A stretch of 64,000 bases of DNA from Clostridia bacterium (GCA_017937285.1 JAGBDU010000021.1:15987-79986), one strand, 5' to 3'. Positions 9,912 through 20,250 are shown, counted from the stretch's first letter. The notes: generated from the letters alone by a model not told the origin. A program made the numbers and translations.

Positions 9912-11687
9912 ATGGAAAAAGTAGATTTAAAAAATATATATTTAAAATTCTTCGAATCTAATGGTCACAAAGTAATACCAAGTGCTCCTGTAATTCCAGA
10001 AAATGATCCAACATGTTTATTTAACACAGCTGGAATGCAACCATTAGTTCCATATTTAAAAGGAGAGCCACATCCAGAAGGAACACGTTTAACAGATGTT
10101 CAAAAATGCTTTAGAACAAACGATTTAGACGAAGTAGGAGATAAAACACATCACACATTTTTTGAAATGTTAGGAAACTGGTCATTAGGAGACTATTTCA
10201 AAAAAGAATCAATTACATGGAGTTTTGAATTATTAACAAAACATTTAAACATTCCAATTGAAAGATTAGCTGTAACAGTATTTAAAGGAAATGACATAGT
10301 ACCAGCAGATACCGAATCAGCAGATATATGGAAATCATTAGGAATACCAGAGTGCAGAATAGCATTTTTAGGAGAAGATGATAACTGGTGGCCAAATATG
10401 GAAGCAACAGGACCATGCGGACCAGACACAGAAATATTTTACTGGAGAAGTGAGGAAGAAATTCCAACTAATTTTGATCCAGAAAACGACAACTGGGTAG
10501 AAATATGGAACAATGTGTTTATGCAATATAATCACAATATCGATGGAACATTTGAAACATTAAAAAACAAAAATGTTGATACTGGAATGGGTGTAGAAAG
10601 AGTTGTAGCAGTATTAGAAGGACAAACAGATAACTACAAATCATCAATTTGGTCTGATTTAATTAAAAAATTAGAAGAAGTTTCAGGTAAAAGTTATGAT
10701 GATGAAAAATACACAAGAAGCATGAGAATTATAGCAGATCATATAAGAGCTGTAGTAATCTTAAGTGGTGATGATGCAGGAATTAAGCCATCAAATACAG
10801 ATCAAGGTTATATATTAAGAAGATTAATAAGAAGAATGATTCGTTATGCTAAAGATTTAGAAATTGATATTAATAGTAACTGGGAACAAGAGCTTGCAAA
10901 AGTTGTAATTAATAATTATAAAGAATATTATAAAGAATTAGATAGAAATCAAAACACAATATTAGAAGTATTAAGTAACGAAAAAACAAAATTCAACAAA
11001 ACACTAGAAAAAGGTTTACGTGAATTTGAAAAATTAACAAATAATATTGAAGGAAAAGAAATATCAAAAGATATAGCTTTCAAATTATATGATACTTATG
11101 GATTCCCAATAGAGCTTACAGAAGAACTTGCAAAAGAGCAAGGGTTAACTGTAGATATCGAAGGATTTAACAAAAAATTCGAAGAGCATCAAGAAAAATC
11201 AAGAGCAGGATCAAACCAAAAATTTAAAGGTGGTTTAGCTTCAACTGGTGAAATGGAAACAAAATATCATACAGCAACTCACTTATTAAATGCAGCACTA
11301 AAAAAAGTTTTAGGTGATCATGTTCATCAAAAAGGAAGCAACATAACAGTTGAAAGAATGAGATTCGACTTTTCACATGATGCAAAAATGACACCAGAGG
11401 AAAAACAACAAGTAGAAGATTTAGTAAATGAATATATACAAATGGCTATACCAGTTGAAAAAATGGAAATGCCTAAAGAACAAGCTGTTGAAATGGGAGC
11501 AGAATGTCAATTTATTGAAAGATATCCTGATATTGTAACAGTGTATAAAATAGGGGATGTATCTTTAGAAATATGTGGAGGACCTCATGTAAACAATACA
11601 TCAGAGCTTGGTAAATTCAAAATTAAAAAAGAAGAAGCTAGCTCATCAGGTGTTAGAAGAATAAAGGCTGTTTTATCAGAAGAATAA
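9912..11687 (+). CDS. alaS: alanine--tRNA ligase, short form (591 aa, no C-Ala domain)
   Basis: N-terminal class II AlaRS core (FFESNGHKVIPSAPV, FNTAGMQP, MLGNWSLGDYFK). Editing-domain zinc motifs HTATHLL and CGGPHV are present. The protein ends right after the editing domain. Confidence 0.85.
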   Translation: MEKVDLKNIYLKFFESNGHKVIPSAPVIPENDPTCLFNTAGMQPLVPYLKGEPHPEGTRLTDVQKCFRTNDLDEVGDKTHHTFFEMLGNWSLGDYFKKESITWSFELLTKHLNIPIERLAVTVFKGNDIVPADTESADIWKSLGIPECRIAFLGEDDNWWPNMEATGPCGPDTEIFYWRSEEEIPTNFDPENDNWVEIWNNVFMQYNHNIDGTFETLKNKNVDTGMGVERVVAVLEGQTDNYKSSIWSDLIKKLEEVSGKSYDDEKYTRSMRIIADHIRAVVILSGDDAGIKPSNTDQGYILRRLIRRMIRYAKDLEIDINSNWEQELAKVVINNYKEYYKELDRNQNTILEVLSNEKTKFNKTLEKGLREFEKLTNNIEGKEISKDIAFKLYDTYGFPIELTEELAKEQGLTVDIEGFNKKFEEHQEKSRAGSNQKFKGGLASTGEMETKYHTATHLLNAALKKVLGDHVHQKGSNITVERMRFDFSHDAKMTPEEKQQVEDLVNEYIQMAIPVEKMEMPKEQAVEMGAECQFIERYPDIVTVYKIGDVSLEICGGPHVNNTSELGKFKIKKEEASSSGVRRIKAVLSEE

Positions 11688-11692
11688 ATCAA

Positions 11693-11729
11693 AAACAACA
11701 TATTCAGTATGGGAATATGTTGTTTTTCG
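11693..11729 (+). terminator. alaS intrinsic terminator
   Basis: aaacaacatattc / gaatatgttgttt stem followed by T-rich tail. Confidence 0.7.
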
Positions 11730-11732
11730 ATT

Positions 11733-11803
11733 GTTACAATTCACGGCCATTTTTTATAATATAATCCCTTTGGAACGGCTTACTTTTAGCCGTGAATAGT
11801 AAC
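11733..11803. repeat. palindromic intergenic element, copy A
   Basis: GTTACAATTCAC (11733-11744) ... GTGAATAGTAAC (11792-11803), 11/12 inverted-repeat termini. The core is ~80 percent identical to copy B. Confidence 0.6.
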
Positions 11804-11894
11804 TTTCGATTCGGGAACGGATGAAAATTTTTATAATAACAATAGCAAAAAAATATTTGCTGTGTTATAATAAAAAAGAAACAAAAATTATTAA

Positions 11895-12257
<363 letters not shown>

Positions 12258-12278
12258 TTTTTAAGGAGGCAAAAAAAG

Positions 12279-12974
12279 TTGAAAAGAGGAGCATATGACA
12301 AATTTTTAACTGTATTACTTGCAATACTAATAATCGGTATAGTAGGAACAGCTGGATTTTTAGTATATAAATATTACGAAAAATATAAAATAAATACAGA
12401 TGCTGATGAATTTTTAAATGAATTTGATAATTATATAAATAACGATAATAATGTTGATAATAATAACAATAATATAGATGATGAGCTATTATATGATCCA
12501 GAAGCAGAAAATCAAGCTATAAGGGAACAAAATTCTGGAAGAGTACGTGGAATTTCAACTGATGCACTAGTTTATAAAGGATATAAAGTTGCAGGAAAAC
12601 TAGAAATGCCTACTGTAAATTTACAATATCCTGTTTTAGAGCAGATGACTGATGCAAATGCAATTGAAGTTTCTATTGCTATACAATATGGAGTAGGATT
12701 AAATAATGTAGGAAACACTGTTATTATAGGACATAATTATAGAAGTGGTTTATTTTTTGGAAGTAATAAAAAATTACAAATAGGAGATACTATATATATA
12801 ACAGATAGTTCAACAGGAACAAGAAGAGCGTATACTATATATAATAAATACACAACAGAAGAGTCTGATACTTCTTTTTATAACAGAAATACGAATGGAG
12901 CAAGAGAAGTATCTTTAGTAACATGTCAGTCTAATAATAAATATAGGTTAGTAGTATTGGCAAGAGAAACATAA
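12279..12974 (+). CDS. sortase-family transpeptidase (TTG start)
   Basis: N-terminal TM helix, VIIGHNYRSGLFF and SLVTC catalytic motif. TTG start lies behind AAGGAGG. Confidence 0.75.
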   Translation: MKRGAYDKFLTVLLAILIIGIVGTAGFLVYKYYEKYKINTDADEFLNEFDNYINNDNNVDNNNNNIDDELLYDPEAENQAIREQNSGRVRGISTDALVYKGYKVAGKLEMPTVNLQYPVLEQMTDANAIEVSIAIQYGVGLNNVGNTVIIGHNYRSGLFFGSNKKLQIGDTIYITDSSTGTRRAYTIYNKYTTEESDTSFYNRNTNGAREVSLVTCQSNNKYRLVVLARET

Positions 12975-13022
12975 AAAATGCAAAATTTGTAAAATTTTTT
13001 ATGGAAAATATGAGAACACCAC

Positions 13023-13051
13023 TTGACAAATATTTTATAAAATAGTAAAAT
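13023..13051 (+). promoter_or_regulatory. promoter of the tRNA-His/tRNA-Gln pair
   Basis: TTGACA (13023-13028), 17-nt spacer, TAAAAT (13046-13051). Confidence 0.55.
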
Positions 13052-13078
13052 AGTAACTGCATTAAATAAGTGCAAGAT

Positions 13079-13156
13079 GGTGGATGTAGCGTAGTTGGTT
13101 AACGCGTCAGTTTGTGGCACTGAAGACCGTGGGTTCGAGTCCCATCTTCCACCCCA
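13079..13156 (+). tRNA. tRNA-His (GTG)
   Basis: Cloverleaf with extra 5' G(-1), anticodon loop cagtttGTGgcactg, T-arm gtgggTTCGAGTcccat, encoded CCA. Confidence 0.9.
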
Positions 13157-13182
13157 TAAAAAATAATGCAAATTTAATACAT

Positions 13183-13257
13183 TGGGCTGTAGCCAAGCGG
13201 TAAGGCATCAGACTTTGACTCTGACATGCGCTAGTTCGAATCTAGCCAGCCCAACCA
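13183..13257 (+). tRNA. tRNA-Gln (TTG)
   Basis: TGGGCTG/CAGCCCA acceptor stem, anticodon loop gactTTGactc, T-arm gctagTTCGAATctagc, encoded CCA. A terminator hairpin follows at about 13295-13328. Confidence 0.9.
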
Positions 13258-13623
13258 ATAACGAATCTATTCGAACTAATGGAATAGAGAAAACAAAAAT
13301 CAATCAGTAACATGGTTGATTTTTTTTATTTAGCAAAAAAATCATCCGAAAGATTTGCAATCCAAAATATTAATTTTGGATTGCGATGAAAGAACAAAGT
13401 GAGTTAAAGGATGGTGTGAAAAATGCAGATAATTAAAGAAAAAATTGAATTTGAGAAATCTTTAAAACAGCGATTAGACTTTATATGCGAATTTACATAA
13501 AATATCAAATATTCTTGACACAATTTACATAAAGTGGTATCCTAAAATAGTTAGAGGGTTGATAATCCTCACCCGCAAGGGTATATCATATAAACCGCTG
13601 GTGATACCAGCAGGAGGTATTTT

Positions 13624-13857
13624 ATGAGTATTTTTAGGAAATTCCCAAACAAAAAAGTTCGCGTTTGTTTTAATTTAAAAAAGGCAAGCGAGTTAACTTT
13701 ATTAGGGATGGAGCAGATTGAGACTTATAATGCTCTGAAGAATGGTCATGTTTACGAAGCAACTGCGTATCACGATCAATTCGGGAGAATTGTTTGGGTC
13801 AAACTGAAAGATTTCCCAAAAGTATCTCTGTCTGCGAGGATGTTTGATTTCACGTAA
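13624..13857 (+). CDS. hypothetical protein
   Basis: 77-aa ORF behind AGGAGG, with visibly higher GC than its surroundings. The 5' leader is structured, including an accc-GCAA-gggt hairpin. Confidence 0.4.
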   Translation: MSIFRKFPNKKVRVCFNLKKASELTLLGMEQIETYNALKNGHVYEATAYHDQFGRIVWVKLKDFPKVSLSARMFDFT

Positions 13858-14019
13858 GACAGAGCAAAAGGCTTCTGATATGCAGAAATGTGTATCGGAG
13901 GCTTTTTGCGTAAAGAAAAAAAGTCGAAATATCTAAACAAATGTTTGAAAAACATTGAAAATCACTTTGAATTATAGTATAATAATCTCATTACATACTT
14001 AGAAGGGAGACGATATAAT

Positions 14020-14826
14020 ATGAATAAATTAGAAAAAAACAACAACAAAACATTTGAGGATATCAAGCATGTTGATGAGAATGGAATTGAGTTTTGGTAT
14101 GCTAGAGAGTTACAGATTGTACTAAATTACAAAGAATGGAGAAAATTTGAAGGTGTAATAGAAAAAGCTAAGTTAGCCTGCCAAAATAGTGATATCAATG
14201 TGTTTGAACATTTTGTCGGCGCCGACAAGTTGTCGAAACGTGCTAACAATGCGAAAGTTAGAATAAATGACTATAAACTTTCTCGTTATGCATGTTACTT
14301 AATAGCTCAAAACGGAGACTCAAGAAAAAAAGTAATCGCTCTTGCTCAAACATATTTTGCAATTCAAACCAGAAAACAAGAAATTAGCGAAAAAGAATAT
14401 AGTTCACTTACTGAAGATGAAAAAAGATTTTATCAAAGGGATTTAACAAGAAAAGGCAATTATTCACTAAACCAAACTGCAAAAAAATCTGGTGTTAAAA
14501 ATTTTGATAAATTTCATAATGCAGGATATAAAGGATTATATAATGGAGAAACAGCTGATGATATTGCAAAAAGAAAAGGATTAAGATATAGGGAAGATAT
14601 TTTAGATAATATGGGAAGTGATGAATTAATTGCTAATTTATTTAGAATTTCACAAACGGAACAAAAATTACGAAAAGATAATGTAAAATCTGAAAAAGAG
14701 GCAAACGAAACTCATTATGAAGTTGGAAAAAAAGTAAGAAAAGCAATTGCAGATATTGGGCGGAACTATGCCAGAGGATTTACCAACTCCAAAAAAGAGC
14801 CTAAAACAATTAGAAAAAGAAAATAG
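14020..14826 (+). CDS. dinD: DNA-damage-inducible protein D (DinD)-like; C-terminus apparently frameshifted
   Basis: FEDIKHVDENGIEFWYARELQIVLNYKEWRKFEGVIEKAKLAC matches the DinD family. After 14758 a +1 frame encodes GGTMPEDLPTPKKSLKQLEKENSKSLRKK, ending at 14848. Confidence 0.7.
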   Translation: MNKLEKNNNKTFEDIKHVDENGIEFWYARELQIVLNYKEWRKFEGVIEKAKLACQNSDINVFEHFVGADKLSKRANNAKVRINDYKLSRYACYLIAQNGDSRKKVIALAQTYFAIQTRKQEISEKEYSSLTEDEKRFYQRDLTRKGNYSLNQTAKKSGVKNFDKFHNAGYKGLYNGETADDIAKRKGLRYREDILDNMGSDELIANLFRISQTEQKLRKDNVKSEKEANETHYEVGKKVRKAIADIGRNYARGFTNSKKEPKTIRKRK

Positions 14827-14881
14827 CAAAAGCTTAAGAAAAAAATAAATAAATATATTATATTCTTTAGGGGGCATAAAA

Positions 14882-15082
14882 ATGGATATTAGTGAATTTA
14901 CAAAACATTGGGATAATAAAAATGGATTTACTTATGAAGAAGCATTAGCAAAGAAAAAAGTTGTTGATGAAGCACATGGAATTGGAATAAATCCAAATTC
15001 TTGTTGGAATCCATCACAAATTGTTTTAGATCCATTAAAAAATGATGGATATAAAGTAATTATTATACCAAAAAATATGTAA
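14882..15082 (+). CDS. hypothetical small protein
   Basis: 66-aa ORF behind a GGGGG RBS. No recognisable motif. Confidence 0.4.
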   Translation: MDISEFTKHWDNKNGFTYEEALAKKKVVDEAHGIGINPNSCWNPSQIVLDPLKNDGYKVIIIPKNM

Positions 15083-15097
15083 CAGTATGTAACAAAA

Positions 15098-15124
15098 GGA
15101 GGAAAACCTTAATGGTTTTCCTCC
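15098..15124. terminator. bidirectional terminator between convergent genes
   Basis: ggaggaaaacc / ggttttcctcc stem with loop ttaat. Confidence 0.6.
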
Positions 15125-15145
15125 AAACTATTTATATTAACAAAA

Positions 15146-17383
15146 TTAAATTTTTTCGTGAATAGTTCTATTAATAACATCTAATTGTTGCTCTCTTGTT
15201 AATTTGATAAAGTTAACAGCATATCCAGAAACACGAATTGTAAGTTGAGGGTAATTTTCTGGATGTTCCATAGCATCTTCTAATAATGCACGATTAAATA
15301 CATTAACATTAATGTGATGTCCTGTTTGCATAAAATATCCATCAAGCATACTTACTAAGTTATTAACTTGAGTTTTAGGATCATTTCCAAGTGTATTTGG
15401 AGTAATAGCAAATGTATATGAAATTCCATCTTCTGAATATTCATAAGGTAATTTTGCTATAGTGTTCATAACAGCTAATGCACCATTTGTATCTCTACCA
15501 TAAAGTGGGTTAGCACCAGGTCCGAAAGGAACGCCTGCATCTCTTCCATCTGGAGTATTTCCAGTAGCTTTTCCATATACTACATTTGAAGTAATTGTTA
15601 ATACAGAAAGTGTAGGTTTTGCATTTCTATAAATAATGTGTTTTTCTAATTTTCTTTGGAATTCTTTTACTATATTAACTGCAATAGAGTCAACTCTATC
15701 ATCATCATTACCATATTTTGGATAATCACCTTCAACTTGGTAATCTACAGCTAAGCCATTTTCATTTCTTATAACTTTTACTTTAGCATATTTTATTGCA
15801 GAAAGAGAATCAGCTACAACTGAAAGTCCAGCAATTCCACAAGCCATTGTTCTTAGTATTTCTTTATCATGTAAAGCCATTTCTAATGCTTCATATGAAT
15901 ATTTATCATGCATATAATGGATTGCATTTAACGCTTTTATATAAATTTTTGCAACATATTCCATCATATCATCAAATTTTTCCATAACTTCATCATAGTC
16001 TAAATATTCTGAAGTAATTGGTCTAAATTTAGGTGCAATTTGTTTACCAGAAATTTCGTCACGTCCACCATTGATTGCATACAATAATGTTTTTGCAAGG
16101 TTTGCTCTTGCACCGAAGAATTGCATTTGTTTTCCTATTTTCATTGCAGATACACAACATGCAATACCATAATCATCACCTAAAGTAACTCTCATTAAGT
16201 CATCATTTTCATATTGAATAGCAGATGTATCTATTGAAACTTTTGCACAAAAATCTTTAAATCCTTGTGGTAAATTTTTTGACCAAAGTACTGTTAAGTT
16301 TGGCTCAGGAGCAGGTCCTAATGTTCTTAAAGTGTGCAAAACTCTGAAAGAATTTTTTGTAACTAAAGTTCTTCCGTCAACACCCATACCACCAATGCTT
16401 TCTGTTACCCAAACTGGGTCTCCACTAAATAATTCATTATATTCTGGTGCACGTAAAAATCTAACTAATCTTAATTTCATTACAAAATGATCCATTAATT
16501 CTTGTGCTTGTTCTTCTGTTAATATTCCATTTTCGATATCTTTTTCGATATAGATATCTAAGAAAGTAGATGTTCTACCTATACTCATTGCTGCACCATT
16601 TTGATCTTTAACAGCTCCTAAGTATCCAAAATATAACCATTGAATTGCCTCTTTTGCATTTGATGCTGGTTTAGAAATATCAAAACCATATTTTGCAGCC
16701 ATTTTCTTTAAATCTTCTAAAGCTGATATTTGGTCAAACATTTCTTCACGAGCGCGTATTACATCATATGTGAATTCATCTCTGTCGTAAGTTTCTAGGT
16801 CTTTCTTTTTAGCTTCTATTAATGCGTCAACACCATAAAGTGCAACTCTTCTGTAGTCACCAATAATTCTTCCACGACCATATCCGTCTGGTAAACCTGT
16901 GATTAGGTGAGAGCTTCTAGCAGCTCTTATATCTGGAGTATATACTGCAAAAACTCCATCATTGTGAGTTCTTCTTAATGCATGGTATATTCTAGAAGTT
17001 TCTTCATCAACTTTTAAACCATAAGCTTCACAAGATTTTTCAACTATACGAATACCACCATTTGGCATTATAGCTCTTTTTAGTGGGGCATCTGTTTGAA
17101 GACCAACTATTTCTTCTAAATCTTTGTTGATATAACCTGCATCATATCCATTTATTGTAGAAGGAGTTTTTACATCTGCATCTAAAACTCCACCATTTTC
17201 TCTTTCTTTTTTGTATAGCTCTAAAACTTCGTTCCATAAAGTTTTTGTTTTTTCTGTAGCATCAGCCAAGAAACTATCATCTCCAGTATAAGGTTTGTAG
17301 TTTGCTTGAATAAAGTCACGAACGTCAATTTCTTTAGTCCATTCGCCTTGTTTATTAAAATTTTTCCATTGTTCGAAATCCAT
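15146..17383 (-). CDS. pflB: pyruvate formate-lyase (glycyl-radical enzyme)
   Basis: [27 protein letters not shown]-terminus, active-site ACCVS, C-terminal glycyl-radical motif [12 protein letters not shown] at 17381-17383 sits behind AGGAGG. The tabulated ORF start at 17416 is an upstream extension. Confidence 0.95.
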   Translation of the reverse strand: MDFEQWKNFNKQGEWTKEIDVRDFIQANYKPYTGDDSFLADATEKTKTLWNEVLELYKKERENGGVLDADVKTPSTINGYDAGYINKDLEEIVGLQTDAPLKRAIMPNGGIRIVEKSCEAYGLKVDEETSRIYHALRRTHNDGVFAVYTPDIRAARSSHLITGLPDGYGRGRIIGDYRRVALYGVDALIEAKKKDLETYDRDEFTYDVIRAREEMFDQISALEDLKKMAAKYGFDISKPASNAKEAIQWLYFGYLGAVKDQNGAAMSIGRTSTFLDIYIEKDIENGILTEEQAQELMDHFVMKLRLVRFLRAPEYNELFSGDPVWVTESIGGMGVDGRTLVTKNSFRVLHTLRTLGPAPEPNLTVLWSKNLPQGFKDFCAKVSIDTSAIQYENDDLMRVTLGDDYGIACCVSAMKIGKQMQFFGARANLAKTLLYAINGGRDEISGKQIAPKFRPITSEYLDYDEVMEKFDDMMEYVAKIYIKALNAIHYMHDKYSYEALEMALHDKEILRTMACGIAGLSVVADSLSAIKYAKVKVIRNENGLAVDYQVEGDYPKYGNDDDRVDSIAVNIVKEFQRKLEKHIIYRNAKPTLSVLTITSNVVYGKATGNTPDGRDAGVPFGPGANPLYGRDTNGALAVMNTIAKLPYEYSEDGISYTFAITPNTLGNDPKTQVNNLVSMLDGYFMQTGHHINVNVFNRALLEDAMEHPENYPQLTIRVSGYAVNFIKLTREQQLDVINRTIHEKI

Positions 17384-17548
17384 AAAATACCTCCTATTAA
17401 AAATTATAAATTTCATATTTTGAAAATTTTCGAGAATAATATATCATAGCTAAAGTTTATTATCAACAAATTTCACTAAAAAGATACACAAAATCTCAGA
17501 AAATAATTGAAAAAAATCAAGTGAATTGATATAATAGGAGGTGAATTA

Positions 17549-17816
17549 ATGCCTATAGTTTCACAGTTTTACGGTGTTATTGTAAGAATGTATTATGACG
17601 ATATGAAACATCATAATATGCCACATATACATATTCAGTATAATGATTATAAAGCAGTATATAATTTTAATGGAAAATATATAAAGGGAAATATACCCAA
17701 ATAAGCAGTCTAAATTAGTGGAAGCGTGGATTGTAATACATGCAGAAGAGCTAAATACATTATGGAAGTTAATGCAAGAAGATAATCAATTTTTTACAAT
17801 AGAACCTTTAAAGTAA
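17549..17816 (+). pseudogene. DUF4160-family gene interrupted after codon 51
   Basis: MPIVSQFYGVIVRMYYDD..HNMPHIHIQYNDYKAVYNF is the DUF4160 signature. TAA at 17702-17704. The conserved continuation SKLVEAWIVIHAEELNTLWKL resumes in the +1 frame to 17816. Confidence 0.65.
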
Positions 17817-17851
17817 AAAAATATATAGGCAAATGAAAGGAATGGTAAAGT

Positions 17852-18103
17852 ATGGAAAATTACATAGAACCAAATCCAATAATAGTAAAACCACTAGAAA
17901 ACTTTTGTCTATATCTAAAATTTGCTGATGGAAAAGAAAAGATATATAATATGAGTAAATTGATTAAAAAAAATCCGGCATATATAAAATTAAAGGATTA
18001 TGAATATTTTAAACTAGTAAAATTAGCAGGAGAAACAGTTGAATGGCCAAATGGAGAAGATGTTTGCCCTGAAAACTTATATTATGATAGTATAGAATGC
18101 TAA
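17852..18103 (+). CDS. DUF2442-family protein
   Basis: 83-aa protein (KPLENFCLYLKFADGKEKIY...VEWPNGEDVCPENLY) in the usual position downstream of a DUF4160 gene. Confidence 0.65.
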   Translation: MENYIEPNPIIVKPLENFCLYLKFADGKEKIYNMSKLIKKNPAYIKLKDYEYFKLVKLAGETVEWPNGEDVCPENLYYDSIEC

Positions 18104-18217
18104 AAGTATACATTTTAACATTTTATGAGAACGCCAGAATAAAAAATAGTCGGTATGCTAAACACATACCGACTATAATAGTTCAATAAAACTTTTTGAA
18201 ACTATTGGTTAATTTTA

Positions 18218-20095
18218 TTATGAATTTTGCAAATCAATTTGTTTGAATAGACCTGAAATTTCCTTTTCCGACATAATACCCGATTTTGCTAGTGCTTCAG
18301 CTAATGCTTTAAGATGCATATGGTGCTCTGTTAAAAGTTTATCCGCATATATGCTAGCTTCATTAAGAATTGCGTTAATACGTTCATCTATCTTCAAAGA
18401 AATTTGTTCAGATGGAATAGCGTTTTCTGAGTTAAATGAAAATACTCTGTTTGATGAAATCTTGTCAAGACCATATTTTGTTACCATATTTCGGGCAATC
18501 TGTGTGGCTTTTTCAAGATCATCGATTGCACCAGATGTATATTTTGAAGAATATTTTTTTTCTGCAATTCTGCCTGCAAGATAAGATCCAATAAGTTGAA
18601 TAAAATAAATTCGGTTGTTCGAAGGTGTAATATCTGGATCAATCTCGCATACATTTACACCAAGATAGTTTTCAGCAGGTATTATAGATACAGCTAATCT
18701 TTTAAAATCGATAAGTTCAGATGAGTAGCGGTGCAAAATGTAGTGTCCTGCTTCGTGATATGCAGTGGCCATTTTTTTCTCAATAGACATATTTTTGAAT
18801 TTATTTTCATTAATAGAAAAATTGTCAAAAATATCTTTCTTTGTCACCTTGGTTTTTCCAGCAATTTCTGCATTTGCAAGGCTTCTGTCGATTAAATCCA
18901 ATGTTCTGTCAGGATTTCGAGTTTCATAATTGAAACAGGAAGTATAAAATATTGCTGAATCAACCAGATGCTTAGATATTGTGGCTTTGTGAATCTTTTC
19001 TAAATGTTTAATTTGATTTTCAATCATAGAATAAACATTTTTTGAAAGAGGTTCGTTTACTACAATTTTTTCAAACCTGCGCTTTAGGGCACCATCCTTT
19101 GAAAAATATTTTGTATATTCTTCTTCAGTGGTTGCACCAATAACGCGAGTGTTACCTCGTGCTAAAATTGGTTTTAAAGCATTTGCCAAGTCGAGTGCTC
19201 CTTCATAACAAGCTCCAGCTCCGAGCAGAAGGTGAATTTCATCAATGAAAAGAATGCATTTTGGATTATTTTCCAAAAATGAAATAAGATCATTGAACCT
19301 TTCTTCTGCAGTTCCTCTGAATTTTGTTCCGGCAATAATTGACGTTACGTCAAGTGAAATCACCACGGAGTCTTTAAGTTTATCTATGCAATTACCAGTA
19401 GCAATCATCCATGTAAGTTTTTCTACAATGGCAGTTTTTCCTACTCCTGGTTCACCAATTAATACGGCATTGCTTTTTTTGGCTTTCATCAGAATTTGGG
19501 TGAGCTGCTTGATTTCAGAATCTCTGCCACAGATTTTACATTCTTTTTCATCTGGTGAATAAGTTTCATTGAGATTTGTCAAGTAAAACTTCAATTTGTC
19601 AGGTATAGTGAATTTTTCCTTTGCAGGAGTTTCAACCTCAAACTTTGGTTTTTTGGCACAAAGTTGTTCCTCATAGTTTGGTATGAATGTTGTTAAAAAT
19701 TCAACATATTCTGAATAATATAATTCGCCAAATGCTTCGATTAAATCTGTAACTGAAATGTGAGATCTGCTATAAGACCTTCTTGCAATTTTGAGCGCTT
19801 CTGTGAATAATTCGCCAAGAGTGTAGTCTAAAAGATAGCGTGTATCTTCAATGGTCAAACTTAAAAAAGTGGTTGGCTTTTCATCGGGTTCTTTGAGGAT
19901 GGAAATTGCTTTTTCCCATAATTCATATCGACTGATGCCAGTAGACATGATATATCTGTAAAATGGAGTTTCCGGATACAAAAATAGTGAAACTAAAAAT
20001 GATTTCCGGGAACTGAATTCTGGAGACTGGGAAATGTTGCTTGACAGAATGATTGTTTGAATAGTCGATTCTCCAAGCTGATAATTTGTTTTCAT
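18218..20095 (-). CDS. soluble Clp-type AAA+ ATPase (D1-like) fused to an FtsH-like M41 zinc peptidase domain
   Basis: GRDSEIKQLTQILMKAKKSNAVLIGEPGVGKTAIVEKL and ILFIDEIHLLLGAG match ClpA/B/C D1. C-terminal HEAGHYILH and GAIDDLEKATQIARNMV match M41 peptidase. No TM segment is visible. ATG at 20093-20095 sits behind AGGAGG. GC is visibly above neighbours. Confidence 0.75.
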   Translation of the reverse strand: MKTNYQLGESTIQTIILSSNISQSPEFSSRKSFLVSLFLYPETPFYRYIMSTGISRYELWEKAISILKEPDEKPTTFLSLTIEDTRYLLDYTLGELFTEALKIARRSYSRSHISVTDLIEAFGELYYSEYVEFLTTFIPNYEEQLCAKKPKFEVETPAKEKFTIPDKLKFYLTNLNETYSPDEKECKICGRDSEIKQLTQILMKAKKSNAVLIGEPGVGKTAIVEKLTWMIATGNCIDKLKDSVVISLDVTSIIAGTKFRGTAEERFNDLISFLENNPKCILFIDEIHLLLGAGACYEGALDLANALKPILARGNTRVIGATTEEEYTKYFSKDGALKRRFEKIVVNEPLSKNVYSMIENQIKHLEKIHKATISKHLVDSAIFYTSCFNYETRNPDRTLDLIDRSLANAEIAGKTKVTKKDIFDNFSINENKFKNMSIEKKMATAYHEAGHYILHRYSSELIDFKRLAVSIIPAENYLGVNVCEIDPDITPSNNRIYFIQLIGSYLAGRIAEKKYSSKYTSGAIDDLEKATQIARNMVTKYGLDKISSNRVFSFNSENAIPSEQISLKIDERINAILNEASIYADKLLTEHHMHLKALAEALAKSGIMSEKEISGLFKQIDLQNS

Positions 20096-20202
20096 AAAAT
20101 ATAACCTCCTATAACCGTTAAAAACGGGTGATATATCTATGATATAAGGATTTACGGGATTTGTCAAGAAAAAACAGATATTTTGTAAAATTTACATAAA
20201 TC

Positions 20203-20250
20203 AAAAATTACAATTATTAAAAATTACAATTATTAAAAATTACAATTCAC
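20203..20250. repeat. three tandem 16-bp units AAAAATTACAATTATT
   Basis: Units at 20203-20218, 20219-20234 and 20235-20250. The last unit is variant (..ATTCAC) and runs into the left terminus of palindromic element copy C. Confidence 0.8.

Noticed and set aside
12926-13171. 81-aa minus-strand ORF.
   Set aside because: It overlaps tRNA-His and the tRNA promoter. The translation of tRNA sequence (WDSNPRSSVPQTDALTNYAT) is a well-known artefact.
15146-17383. Absence of a pflA activase gene next to pflB.
   Set aside because: The activase may be encoded elsewhere in the genome. This cannot be judged from this window, so it is not treated as an anomaly.
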